51,029 nucleotides of DNA, taken from the NCBI GenBank assembly GCA_048938005.1, contig JBHLMQ010000019.1:1-51029 (forward strand), given 5' to 3'. Within the stretch, counting starts at the first letter, position 1. Each line of letters starts with the position of its first letter. Shown here in pieces: positions 29,577 through 39,046 of the stretch. Made by a program: the position numbers and the translations under genes. Source of the DNA: Promethearchaeota archaeon. GTDB taxonomy: Archaea > Asgardarchaeota > Lokiarchaeia > Sigyniarchaeales > SOKP01. The notes beneath the pieces are model-generated. The model saw nothing but the letters and a program-made list of their open reading frames with translations, had not been told where the DNA came from and made no database searches.

Positions 29577-29736
29577 CTTAATTTAATCTGTGAAATTTGG
29601 AGATAATCCCGTGGAAAAATTTAGATTAAATATGAACGTCGATATTTATTATAAAAAGTGGTCCATAGAAATTATATATAATAATTCAATAAAATAAAGA
29701 TAGAGTAAATTCTAAATTCTTATTATAGTGGTAAGT

Positions 29737-29895
29737 ATGAAGAAGATAGACTTAATTATTTGGGGTTACGCTGCAACTTTGATTTTAGATTTTATCTTTC
29801 TTATGATAGTGCAAAGATTTGATGTTTTACTAATTTCAGGGCCATTAGCTTTAATCCCATTTATAATAACACTAATTCGAAGGAAGAGGGAATGA
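29737..29895 (+). CDS. 52-aa two-TM membrane peptide
   Basis: Below the ORF cutoff. MKKIDLIIWGYAATLILDFIFLMIVQRFDVLLISGPLALIPFIITLIRRKRE*; its stop is 1 nt before the next start. Confidence 0.7.
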   Translation: MKKIDLIIWGYAATLILDFIFLMIVQRFDVLLISGPLALIPFIITLIRRKRE

Positions 29896-29896
29896 T

Positions 29897-30439
29897 TTGG
29901 TTGGTATAATTTATTTTTATATTGATCTGGTAATTAACATTTATATTTTAATAGCGGTTTATTATTATTGCATTAAGACGTATGGAATAAAAGCAACAAT
30001 TATCACAAATATATGTCTATCATCTTTAATTTTAACACTTATTTTCACAGGTACTTACTCCGTAGCAGATTTAGTATCGGATCTGGAAATTGCAGAACCA
30101 GTATTCTTGGTTAACGATTCACTTACTATATTTTCAGTATTTATAGTTATTTTTGAGTTAGCGCGCTTTTCTCTTAAAAAAACAAAAGGAACTGATTTAT
30201 CAATTAAAGACGTTATAGTTATTTCTATTGTAGTAACTTTATATGGAGTTCTTTTTCAGCTCCTTGTTGATCCAACAGCGGCAGCTTTAGGAGTTTACTA
30301 CTATCAAAATCCTCCTGCGATGAATATTTTCGGATTTCCAATATGGTTTATAACAGCGTTTGCTATATATGGTTTGTATGCATTTATTTTTTTATTAATT
30401 GAACGTTATTATTTCCAAAAAATTAATAGAAACGCTTGA
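29897..30439 (+). CDS. Multi-pass membrane protein resembling the CruF/carotenoid-biosynthesis (DUF422) family
   Basis: About 5 TM helices; VDPTAAALGVYYY...IFGFPIWF resembles the DP...G.W.W...G.P motif. Confidence 0.55.
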   Translation: MVGIIYFYIDLVINIYILIAVYYYCIKTYGIKATIITNICLSSLILTLIFTGTYSVADLVSDLEIAEPVFLVNDSLTIFSVFIVIFELARFSLKKTKGTDLSIKDVIVISIVVTLYGVLFQLLVDPTAAALGVYYYQNPPAMNIFGFPIWFITAFAIYGLYAFIFLLIERYYFQKINRNA

Positions 30440-30455
30440 ACATAGAATGTAGAGC

Positions 30456-31160
30456 TTATATCTTTTTAAACTCCTTTAGATTATCTGGTGGCCATGCTCG
30501 AGGTGTGGTTCCATCTTTGACATAACGAAAATCGCATATTTTAGCACCATTTCCTATTGACTGAGTACGTTTCAAACCATATCCATATGATTGAGCTTTT
30601 GCATAATCAGATATACATACCCATGGCATAAAATGTTCCGCTCCTCGACTTTTGTAAAATTTATACACTCCACATTCATAATAATCCGTTCCAAAAGCGA
30701 AAGTTTTACCATCGCCTTCGACAAAGTCAAATACCCAATCACCTGGATATTTGCGTAATTTGGAATTGATAGCTTGTTCTCTTCTTTTGTTTTGATAAGT
30801 ATTTGAGAAAATGTCATCTGTTGGAGGGATAAATTTATAGAAATTCTCAAATAATTCATATGTTAATTTACCGATTTCATTAAATTTAAGTCCCTCTCTC
30901 TTAAAAGCTTGAAGTAATGGTAATAAGAGTGCGGCGTTGATAAGTTCATTGGTCAGCAGATTATCATCACCCCCTATATAGGGGATTTCTGGGAGGAGAT
31001 TTTCAAACTCTTTCCGTGTAGCAGTGGAAATCTCAATAAATTTGTCCTCCCCGAAATTTTCTATTAAAATTTGCTTTATAATATGCATTGCTGCGTCAAA
31101 CAACCTCATCAGTATTTTTTTCTTTTTTAAATAATAATTGGCTTCTTTTTCCACGGACAT
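30456..31160 (-). CDS. L-2-amino-thiazoline-4-carboxylate hydrolase-like protein
   Basis: IPYIGG, DYYECGVYKFY and CISDY...LKRTQSIGNGAKICDFR. Confidence 0.85.
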   Translation of the reverse strand: MSVEKEANYYLKKKKILMRLFDAAMHIIKQILIENFGEDKFIEISTATRKEFENLLPEIPYIGGDDNLLTNELINAALLLPLLQAFKREGLKFNEIGKLTYELFENFYKFIPPTDDIFSNTYQNKRREQAINSKLRKYPGDWVFDFVEGDGKTFAFGTDYYECGVYKFYKSRGAEHFMPWVCISDYAKAQSYGYGLKRTQSIGNGAKICDFRYVKDGTTPRAWPPDNLKEFKKI

Positions 31161-31251
31161 TTTTTTACTCCATTCCAAAGTTAATCCATTTTAGAATATA
31201 AGTATGAATTAAAACAGATTAATTAAATTTAATATTACTTTTAATTGAGCT

Positions 31252-31782
31252 TTAAAGATTTAAAATAATATCTCCTGAACATTTTTCACGAGAATTTAGT
31301 AAGCATTTATCGATTTTTGGGTCAATTGTATGATTAATTCCCAGAGCATCCAGCCAGCAACTAACACGATATATTACACCGCATTCATATTGTTTGTTAA
31401 CTCCTATCATTTCCATACCTTTATAGGCAAAACATCGGTTCATTTCCCAATGCATCCGATTATTTTCAGGGAAGGTATACTTAAAATCCATAAAATCCCC
31501 TTTTATTACACTAAAACCATTATTAATAAAAACTTTAAATTGTTCAAACGTTTCTATTTTTACATCTTCCCATCCCATTGCTTTTTTTACTCGTTGCATT
31601 TCAATTACTGAAAGGGTTTTAATAGCTGCTTTATTTAGTTTGTTAGCAGTATCAACACCTAATTCACGGGCACAGTTATAAAACCATGCGCCATCGTGAG
31701 TCATCCAACATTTAACAAGGAGTTCTTTTAATTGATTTTTGTTAAGTTGATCAAATAACGTCATTTCCATAATAAATACCAA
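31252..31782 (-). CDS. DUF6125-like protein
   Basis: KCWMTHDGAWF, CFAY.G and YECGVI.R. Confidence 0.75.
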   Translation of the reverse strand: MVFIMEMTLFDQLNKNQLKELLVKCWMTHDGAWFYNCARELGVDTANKLNKAAIKTLSVIEMQRVKKAMGWEDVKIETFEQFKVFINNGFSVIKGDFMDFKYTFPENNRMHWEMNRCFAYKGMEMIGVNKQYECGVIYRVSCWLDALGINHTIDPKIDKCLLNSREKCSGDIILNL

Positions 31783-32121
31783 GTTGATTATATTTAAAAA
31801 AAGTTAGAATTTTGATATTAGATTTTATCTTTCTTATCGTTGAATTTTCTTTTAATTCATGGGACAAAAAGGAATAAAATCGAAATCCTTATCAATAATA
31901 TAATGTTTCGTTGAATAATGGGAAAAAGACAGAAAACTGGGTAAATATTTGAAAAAGATTTAAATATGAATGTTATTATATGCACCATTGCATTATTTTA
32001 ATACTAAAATTGCTTATTTACCTAATTTTTAGGAAAAGCGTTTTGGGTTGTTGTGTAATAGATATATTACGCGTTTAGGCATAGGAAGTCATTATATTAT
32101 AGGAGATTAAATAGGATTAAC

Positions 32122-32664
32122 ATGTATGATGCGATTTTTAAAGTTGTTATTTTCGGAGATGCGGGATGTGGTAAAACTACATTAAGAAAGAGATTCATGA
32201 CGAATTTATTTGTATCAGACTCTAGCAAGACTATTGGAGTAGATTTTGAAACTAAAGTCTTAAAAATTGATGGTGTGGAAATAAAGTTATTGATCTGGGA
32301 CTTTGCCGGTGAGGAAAGATTTCGGTTCATTTTTCCTCAATACATATATGGTGCTATGGGGGGGATTTTAATGTATGATATAACAGATTACTCTTCCTTT
32401 TCTCATATTAACAATTGGTTATCAGTAATAAATGGGACGAAAGAAAGATTTCCAATTATTTTACTTGGTGGTAAATCTGATTTAGATGAGTTTAGAGAAA
32501 TCTCCTGGAGAGATGGAAATAGAGCTGCTAAAATGATGAATCTAAATGAATTTTCTGAATGTTCTAGTAAAACAGGTAAAAATGTCAAAGAAGCCTTTGT
32601 AATATTAACACGGATGATGTTAAATAGAATGGCACTCAAGAAAACTGAAATTCTTATTACATAA
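32122..32664 (+). CDS. Rab-like small GTPase
   Basis: G1 GDAGCGKT, switch I TIGVDF, G3 WDFAGEERF, G4 GKSD and G5 CSSK; no C-terminal Cys. Confidence 0.93.
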   Translation: MYDAIFKVVIFGDAGCGKTTLRKRFMTNLFVSDSSKTIGVDFETKVLKIDGVEIKLLIWDFAGEERFRFIFPQYIYGAMGGILMYDITDYSSFSHINNWLSVINGTKERFPIILLGGKSDLDEFREISWRDGNRAAKMMNLNEFSECSSKTGKNVKEAFVILTRMMLNRMALKKTEILIT

Positions 32665-32805
32665 ATAAACGAAAATATAGATTGTAAATGGGACTTTTAT
32701 TTCTGTAATAGTTGTAATATTGCTTGATCATCTGTAATTTCAATCTGAAAGATTAGATTAGATATTAGATAAATATTCTTCTCATAACCATTAATTCGAT
32801 AAATT

Positions 32806-32840
32806 TAGATTGAATTTTTTCAAATCCTAAAATTAAAAAT
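32806..32840 (+). repeat. 35-bp direct repeat, copy 1
   Basis: TAGATTGAATTTTTTCAAATCCTAAAATTAAAAAT, 32/35 identical to 33636-33670. Confidence 0.75.
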
Positions 32841-32903
32841 GAAATAATATTAAGGAAAGCTTGAGTAACTTCATTTAGGAGTTTAGAATATAATAAATAT
32901 TTC

Positions 32904-33623
32904 ATGAAAGTTAAAAATAATTCCGAGGAAAAAACCAAATTAAATCGTTCTGGAATCAGAGGAATTTTGCTTTGGTATTTAATGGTAACCTCAGCCTTAT
33001 TAATTCTATTATTTTGTTCGGGTAAATTTGATTGGCTTAATGCGTGGGTTTATTTTATTATCTCAATTCTGTACCTTACCATCCTGAATCTAATTGCCAT
33101 AAAAAAGAATCCTAAAATGCTTAATGAGAGAGGAAAAGTATTTCGGGAGGACACAAAACTATTTGATAAAATCTTTATTGTGCTTTGGATGCCTATGATC
33201 CTTATTAGCATGTTAATTATAGCATGGGATGTCATTCGATTTCATTGGTCATACATTCCTTTTTGGACGCTATTTATAGGAATAATTTTAACTTTACCTG
33301 GTTTTATTCTTAGCCTAACAGCGATGCTCTCTAATCCATATTTTGAATTAACAGTAAGAATTCAAAAAGATAGAAAACAGAAGGTAATTACTTCTGGGCC
33401 CTATAAAGTAGTCCGACATCCTGGTTATACAGGAGAAATATTAAATTTAATCGCAACTCCACTCATCTTAGGTTCTTTATGGGGATTTCTTCCTATAGGG
33501 ATAATTATTGTTGTATTTGTTATTCGTACAGGATTAGAAGATCACACCCTAAGGAAAGAATTACCGGGTTATAAAGAGTATGCCAATAAAACTCGGTATC
33601 GCTTAATTCCTTATATTTGGTAA
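32904..33623 (+). CDS. Isoprenylcysteine carboxyl methyltransferase/PEMT family membrane protein
   Basis: NPYF...VRIQ, VITSGPYKVVRHPGYTG and RTGLEDHTL.KELPGY.EY...RYRLIP. Confidence 0.9.
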   Translation: MKVKNNSEEKTKLNRSGIRGILLWYLMVTSALLILLFCSGKFDWLNAWVYFIISILYLTILNLIAIKKNPKMLNERGKVFREDTKLFDKIFIVLWMPMILISMLIIAWDVIRFHWSYIPFWTLFIGIILTLPGFILSLTAMLSNPYFELTVRIQKDRKQKVITSGPYKVVRHPGYTGEILNLIATPLILGSLWGFLPIGIIIVVFVIRTGLEDHTLRKELPGYKEYANKTRYRLIPYIW

Positions 33624-33635
33624 ATTAATAAAGAA

Positions 33636-33670
33636 TAGATTAGATTTTTTTAAATCCTAAAATTAAAAAT
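33636..33670 (+). repeat. 35-bp direct repeat, copy 2
   Basis: TAGATTAGATTTTTTTAAATCCTAAAATTAAAAAT. Confidence 0.75.
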
Positions 33671-33713
33671 TGATTGTGAGTTTTAACTGTAAATAAAATA
33701 TTAAAATAGAATT

Positions 33714-34577
33714 ATGAAATTATTATATGTAACAGACATACATGGGATTGAATGGAAACATAACAAAATTTTCCAGTTAGCAATCTCATTAAAACCTGAT
33801 GTAGTAATAAATGGCGGCGATATGCTCCCTTTTAAAGGAAATCTATTACATCAAGATCTATTTATTATTGATTTCCTTGATGAATATTTTTCGAGATTTG
33901 AAGCAATGGAATTATATTATTTAGGTTTATTAGGAAATGATGATTTGAGGATATTTGATAAATTATTTCAGAAAACTTGTGATAAATATTCATTTGTAGT
34001 TAATTTGGCACAAACAAGATTCCAGATTGAAGGAAGTAAATATGAGTTCATAGGAATGAATTGGGTTACAGACCTCCCTTTTGGTTTAAAGGATAGGTTA
34101 CGTAAAGATACTAAAGATTTTGGGCTTCCAAGACAAATTGGAAGACAATATCTTTCTACTTCAAATGGATTCAAAAAAATTGATGATTGGTTCTCATATG
34201 TGAATAATCTCCCTACAATTGAAGATGAGCTAAGAAATTTGGTAAAGCCTTCCGATATGAGTAATACAATCTATATTTTTCATAATCCTCCTGCTAATAT
34301 AGATCTTGATGTAACACATGATGGTCGAAAGGTAGGATCAAAAGCAGAATATGCGTTTCTTAAAGAAAATCAGCCAAAACTCTCGCTTCATGGGCATATT
34401 CACGAATCTCCTGACGCTTCGGGTAAATGGTATTCTCAATTAGGGAAAACGATATGTATTCAACCAGGCCAATCTCATCAACATGAAAATTTTTTAAATT
34501 GCGTTCTGGTTGACTTAGAAACTATGAATATTGAACGGAAAATAGTTGAAAGAATAAATAACAATAGTATTATTTAA
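33714..34577 (+). CDS. Calcineurin-like metallophosphoesterase
   Basis: TDIHG, GGDM, GNDD, HNPP and HGHIHE. Confidence 0.92.
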   Translation: MKLLYVTDIHGIEWKHNKIFQLAISLKPDVVINGGDMLPFKGNLLHQDLFIIDFLDEYFSRFEAMELYYLGLLGNDDLRIFDKLFQKTCDKYSFVVNLAQTRFQIEGSKYEFIGMNWVTDLPFGLKDRLRKDTKDFGLPRQIGRQYLSTSNGFKKIDDWFSYVNNLPTIEDELRNLVKPSDMSNTIYIFHNPPANIDLDVTHDGRKVGSKAEYAFLKENQPKLSLHGHIHESPDASGKWYSQLGKTICIQPGQSHQHENFLNCVLVDLETMNIERKIVERINNNSII

Positions 34578-34602
34578 ATTTTTTATCAACTTAATTAATT
34601 TC

Positions 34603-35358
34603 ATGGATTTTTGGTTAATTTTTTTCGTAATATTAGGAACCTTTACGATTATATTTTTAATTCTGGCATTACCTCGTAAAAAAAGTGAAAGAGTTCCAAG
34701 TATAGAATCTCTTGATGCTCCAGATGTTGCAAAGGCTTTTGAGAGAATGGCAAATATTCTTCCTTTTAAATTATTAAGAAGAAAAGTCATTTCAACTATC
34801 ACGAAGTTAAATCCTACTGGTACTTTAGTAGATATAGGATGTGGCTCAGGCCATTTAATTATTCAAATTGCCAAAAGATTTTCAAACCTTGATCTAATCG
34901 GTGTAGACTTATCAGAAGCAATAATTTCAGCAGCAATAGAGCGAGCTGAGAAAAATAATGTGATTGAAAAGATAAAATTTGAAATTGGAAACGTTGACAA
35001 ATTACCTTTTCCCGATGATTCTATTGATTTTATAGTCAGCACATTTTCATTACATCATTGGTCAGATCCTATACTTTCGTTTAAAGAGATTTCTCGCGTT
35101 TTGAGAAAAAATGGTACGTGTTTAGTATTTGATTTTCGCAGAAATTCAAGAAAGTTTTTTTATGGATTATTGAAATTTGCTACTAAGATTGTTGTTCCTA
35201 AACCTTTAAAAAGAATAAATGAACCGTTGGGATCATTAATGGCATCATATAATGCAAGTGAAATAACTCAAATATTTTCTAAGATCCCCTCTATTGAAGT
35301 TGAAATTAAACCATATCTAGCTTGGATGTTTATTAAAATAAAACCTCAAACACAATAG
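34603..35358 (+). CDS. Class I SAM-dependent methyltransferase with N-terminal TM anchor
   Basis: VDIGCGSG, GVDLS, LPFPDDSID and SLHHW. Confidence 0.92.
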   Translation: MDFWLIFFVILGTFTIIFLILALPRKKSERVPSIESLDAPDVAKAFERMANILPFKLLRRKVISTITKLNPTGTLVDIGCGSGHLIIQIAKRFSNLDLIGVDLSEAIISAAIERAEKNNVIEKIKFEIGNVDKLPFPDDSIDFIVSTFSLHHWSDPILSFKEISRVLRKNGTCLVFDFRRNSRKFFYGLLKFATKIVVPKPLKRINEPLGSLMASYNASEITQIFSKIPSIEVEIKPYLAWMFIKIKPQTQ

Positions 35359-35567
35359 TTTGTTATTAATAACTAAATCATTTTCTAATAATTATTTTTT
35401 GTATTAGATTAGATTTCTGTACTAAATACAAATTAATAGGCATCTATATAAGGTTTTACTTTTTTGTAGAATGGTTTTATAAGCAAGGGATTAACAGAAT
35501 TTTTCTATTACTAAAGAATTTTTATACAAAGGAGAAATAGATATAATTATTCATTTTTGAAAAGGGG

Positions 35568-37658
35568 TTGAGAATGTTAAGATCAAATAAACAGATTATT
35601 TTTATGTTATTATTTCTTTTTGGTTTGTTATATGTTTGTAATCCTCTTTTTAGCTTTTCTAGTAATGAAAATAACACAATTAATGATATTATACAGAGTA
35701 AAGAGTCTAAAAAACAAATAGAACCGAGGTTAACTTCAATAGAGGTAAAAAATGAGACAATCCATACTAACGAGACATGGAGCGGAAATATTCTTGTAAC
35801 CAGAAGTATTACTGTTTCTAAAGGGGCGACACTTACTATTTTACCTGGAACCGTTGTTAAATTTAAACATTATAGAGGATATAAAGTTCCTGATGCTAGG
35901 TTGAGCCTTTTTGTAGCGGGGACATTAAAAGCGCAAGGAGCAGCAGATCAACAGATTTGGTTTACATCTGATGCTGAACCACCGATTAATGGGGATTGGG
36001 ATGGAATATATATGAATGGCACTATAGATTCTATATTTAACTATACTATTGTAGAATATGGACTTGTGGGAATTGTTCAATTTCATTCTGAATCAGTTGT
36101 AGCTAATTCAATAGTTAGATGGGTCAATACAGAAGGACTCTACGCAGAATACTCCATTGTAGAATATGTAAATAACACATTATATGGAAATGGGTATCAT
36201 GAGATTGCTTTAGAGCAGTTTAATAATGCAACTGTTATTAATAACATATTTAAAAATGGAACTGTTGCCTTTCACTCAGAAAATTCTGAAGCTTATCTTA
36301 AAGGAAATTATTTTGCTAATTATAGTGGTGATATTATTTCAATTGCTGCTCATTCAAATGCAACTTTAGAGGAAAATATTTTTGATCCATCACTGCCTCA
36401 TCCAAGAATTACCGTGACGCCAAGCGCAAACGTAATTCTAATTAATAATGATAATGGAACCATCATCACGTTACCAATTCCAGTATTTGATTATCAAAAT
36501 GTAAGTAACTATACATTGGGTTATATTCCCGGTGATTCAGAGGATCAATATCCCTATGTGTATACTTTAGAGGACGAAACAAGAAGGGTCGTAAAAAGAA
36601 TCGGATTAGGATTAAGTTTTGGTTGGGCATTAGAGTTTGCTATGGGTTATCTTTGGCGATTTGATTTTTGGAATATTTCAATAGGGAGTGCCGAAAACTT
36701 TATTAGAATGGATCCGACTACAGGGGACTATACTGAAATCGAAAATAATGTTATAGAAAATGCACGAGGTTTAGCGTGGGATGGTGAGTATTTCTTTGGG
36801 TATGATCATAGTCAACTTAAAATTTTCAAGTTTTCACTTTCTGGGAATGCGATAGTAATAAATGATTCATTTGATCTACCAAAAAAGGAAGAGGGGGGAA
36901 TTCAAGGGATGACTTCTGATGGGAATTTTCTTTATATTCCAAGTAGGGGAGGTGCCTTAGTGAGAAAAATAAACAAAACAGGGGCAATTATAGAAGAGAT
37001 TGATGTTCCTGGAGAAGGTATTAGCGGAGGTTTAGTATGGACGGGCTCACATTTCTGGGGAGTCACTGGTGGAGGAAATCTAACTAAATATACCCACGAT
37101 TGGCAGATTGTAGGGCAGATTTATCCTGTAGCTGATGGTACATGGGCAGTTGCCTGGGATGGAGACTATATTTGGGCACTTCAGAGAACATGTGAAAGTT
37201 GGGAGGATGAGAAAATGTGTCAAATTGAGCCTTTAATCTCAACTATTACAAATTATACAGTTATAAAGGAAGACACACCTTATTCAATAGTAGTTAAATC
37301 TAATTCCTCTGATTATGGACTTCGGTTTAATGAATCTCGAAATGAAATTAGCTTTGAGATTTATGGTAGAGCTAGAACCAAAGGATATTGTGATGTATTA
37401 ATTCCCAAAACAGTTTTACAGGGCAATTACGCTGTATCCATTGATGGGATGCCGATCCACTATATCTTGAGCGAAAGTGACACAGATGTTCTGATTCATT
37501 TTGAATATGGGCATAGCTATCATGAGATCAAAATTTTCATAGAAAGTGAAGCAATAGAACCAACAATCCCTTGGAGTCATGTTCTTCCTTTAACTTTGAT
37601 ATTCATAGTGCTATTGAGTGTTCATGTACATCTAAAAGGTAAAGATCTATCCTTTTGA
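35568..37658 (+). CDS. Cell-surface protein: signal peptide, right-handed beta-helix, beta-propeller, C-terminal beta domain and TM anchor
   Basis: TLTILPGTVVKF, IWFTS and GDWDGI (beta-helix); GLAWDGEY and AVAWDGDYIW (propeller); hydrophobic C-terminus. Confidence 0.85.
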   Translation: MRMLRSNKQIIFMLLFLFGLLYVCNPLFSFSSNENNTINDIIQSKESKKQIEPRLTSIEVKNETIHTNETWSGNILVTRSITVSKGATLTILPGTVVKFKHYRGYKVPDARLSLFVAGTLKAQGAADQQIWFTSDAEPPINGDWDGIYMNGTIDSIFNYTIVEYGLVGIVQFHSESVVANSIVRWVNTEGLYAEYSIVEYVNNTLYGNGYHEIALEQFNNATVINNIFKNGTVAFHSENSEAYLKGNYFANYSGDIISIAAHSNATLEENIFDPSLPHPRITVTPSANVILINNDNGTIITLPIPVFDYQNVSNYTLGYIPGDSEDQYPYVYTLEDETRRVVKRIGLGLSFGWALEFAMGYLWRFDFWNISIGSAENFIRMDPTTGDYTEIENNVIENARGLAWDGEYFFGYDHSQLKIFKFSLSGNAIVINDSFDLPKKEEGGIQGMTSDGNFLYIPSRGGALVRKINKTGAIIEEIDVPGEGISGGLVWTGSHFWGVTGGGNLTKYTHDWQIVGQIYPVADGTWAVAWDGDYIWALQRTCESWEDEKMCQIEPLISTITNYTVIKEDTPYSIVVKSNSSDYGLRFNESRNEISFEIYGRARTKGYCDVLIPKTVLQGNYAVSIDGMPIHYILSESDTDVLIHFEYGHSYHEIKIFIESEAIEPTIPWSHVLPLTLIFIVLLSVHVHLKGKDLSF

Positions 37659-37700
37659 TCAATTTATAGAAGTTTATTCTTTTATTTGGGAAAAATTTCT

Positions 37701-38771
37701 TTAAAATTCTCTCAGACTTTCAATGAAATATTTTATTTGTTCAGTTTTTTCTAGAGGATCTTCATTATAAATATATACTTCAATACCTAATAAATCGGTT
37801 GGAGCTTCAATATCGCCCTTACGAAGAATCATAATATTTTTTCTACCAAAATGACCCCATCCCCATCCAACTTCTAACCATACATTTTGCCGAGCACGTC
37901 GATTAAAACTCACGTTTTTTATAGGTATATTTTCCTCATTTTGATCGATAGCTAATCCTCCAATATCGTCTGAAGTGGCGATAGCTATTACTCCATCTAC
38001 ACGAGAGGCAAGATATTCAAATTTTTCTGGTAATGTTCTTCCTAATCCGAATTGTTCCCCCATTATGATAGGTTCTGGAATTTTCAAATCGTTTGTCAAA
38101 TAATCTTTTAATTTAACCCAATCCTTACTACGACCATGAATTATCATAATCTTTGGGTATTCATATATTCCCAATAATTTTAATACAATTTCAAGTTTTT
38201 TTTCAGTCCAAGATCCTCGGAGCATCATAAATTCATTTTTATTTTCAATTCCATCTATATTTTCTATCACATCCAATAATTTTTCAGCAGCACCTCCATG
38301 GCATCCTATTGGAACGAGTCTCTTCTTGGAAATCAACGCTGCTAATCCAGCAACGTATGTTCTTCTTGCACCACCTATCATACACACAGCATCAGCATCA
38401 CGAATTGCAATTAAATGAGCTGCTTCCCAAAATGGTTGTTTAGGTGAAGCATATTGGAATAGATCAGGATATTTAAATGACAAAAGTTCGAATGGTGGAG
38501 ATTTATATTTAGGTCTCATAATTTTAACTAGTGGTCTTTTTATTTCTTTATCTTTAATTGCTTCAATTAGGCCCATAACAACATTATATTCAGCTGTGTG
38601 GGGTACACTAGAACCAACTATAACAGAATGATCAAGTTCTCCAATTTTCCTTCCCAAATTAAAACAAGTTCTCTCAAATTCTTTTGATGTACCAACCAAT
38701 TTCCATTCCTTATTTGTTTTAGGAGTGACATCATCTGTTTCCCAATAACTCCCTAATATTGCGATTTTCAA
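37701..38771 (-). CDS. SLOG domain - TIR-like (CAP12/PF10137-type) fusion protein
   Basis: N-terminal IAILGS...LGRKI...DADAVCMIGG...LVPIGCHGGAA (SLOG); C-terminal IMIIHGR, GRTLPEKFE, DD, RARQNVWLEVG and PTDLLGI (TIR-like, putative catalytic Glu present). Confidence 0.85.
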   Translation of the reverse strand: MKIAILGSYWETDDVTPKTNKEWKLVGTSKEFERTCFNLGRKIGELDHSVIVGSSVPHTAEYNVVMGLIEAIKDKEIKRPLVKIMRPKYKSPPFELLSFKYPDLFQYASPKQPFWEAAHLIAIRDADAVCMIGGARRTYVAGLAALISKKRLVPIGCHGGAAEKLLDVIENIDGIENKNEFMMLRGSWTEKKLEIVLKLLGIYEYPKIMIIHGRSKDWVKLKDYLTNDLKIPEPIIMGEQFGLGRTLPEKFEYLASRVDGVIAIATSDDIGGLAIDQNEENIPIKNVSFNRRARQNVWLEVGWGWGHFGRKNIMILRKGDIEAPTDLLGIEVYIYNEDPLEKTEQIKYFIESLREF

Positions 38772-39046
38772 TATTTCTCCCTCTATTCATTATTTTACAG
38801 ATTATTAAATTTTTTAATTTATTTAAATTAATTGTTTAATCTATTCAGCACTACCTTGGAGGTTTATTAAAATAGAAAATAGTTAGGTAAGAATTCTAAA
38901 ACACAAACAAAAAAAAAATTAAGATTTTAACTTTTAATTGAGTTAGAATAAATTGTTGAAAAAATTTAGAAGACCAATTATTAATAATTAGAATTGGATT
39001 AATATTAATTGTTAAATCGATTCAAATTTAAGATTAAGGAATTGAA

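Noticed and set aside
32751-32770. GATTA-type microrepeat
   Set aside because: Short, low-complexity and expected in AT-rich DNA.
32122-33623. Rab-like GTPase next to an ICMT-family gene as a proto-prenylation pathway
   Set aside because: The GTPase has no C-terminal Cys, this methyltransferase family is widespread in prokaryotes, and the gene looks independently inserted between direct repeats.
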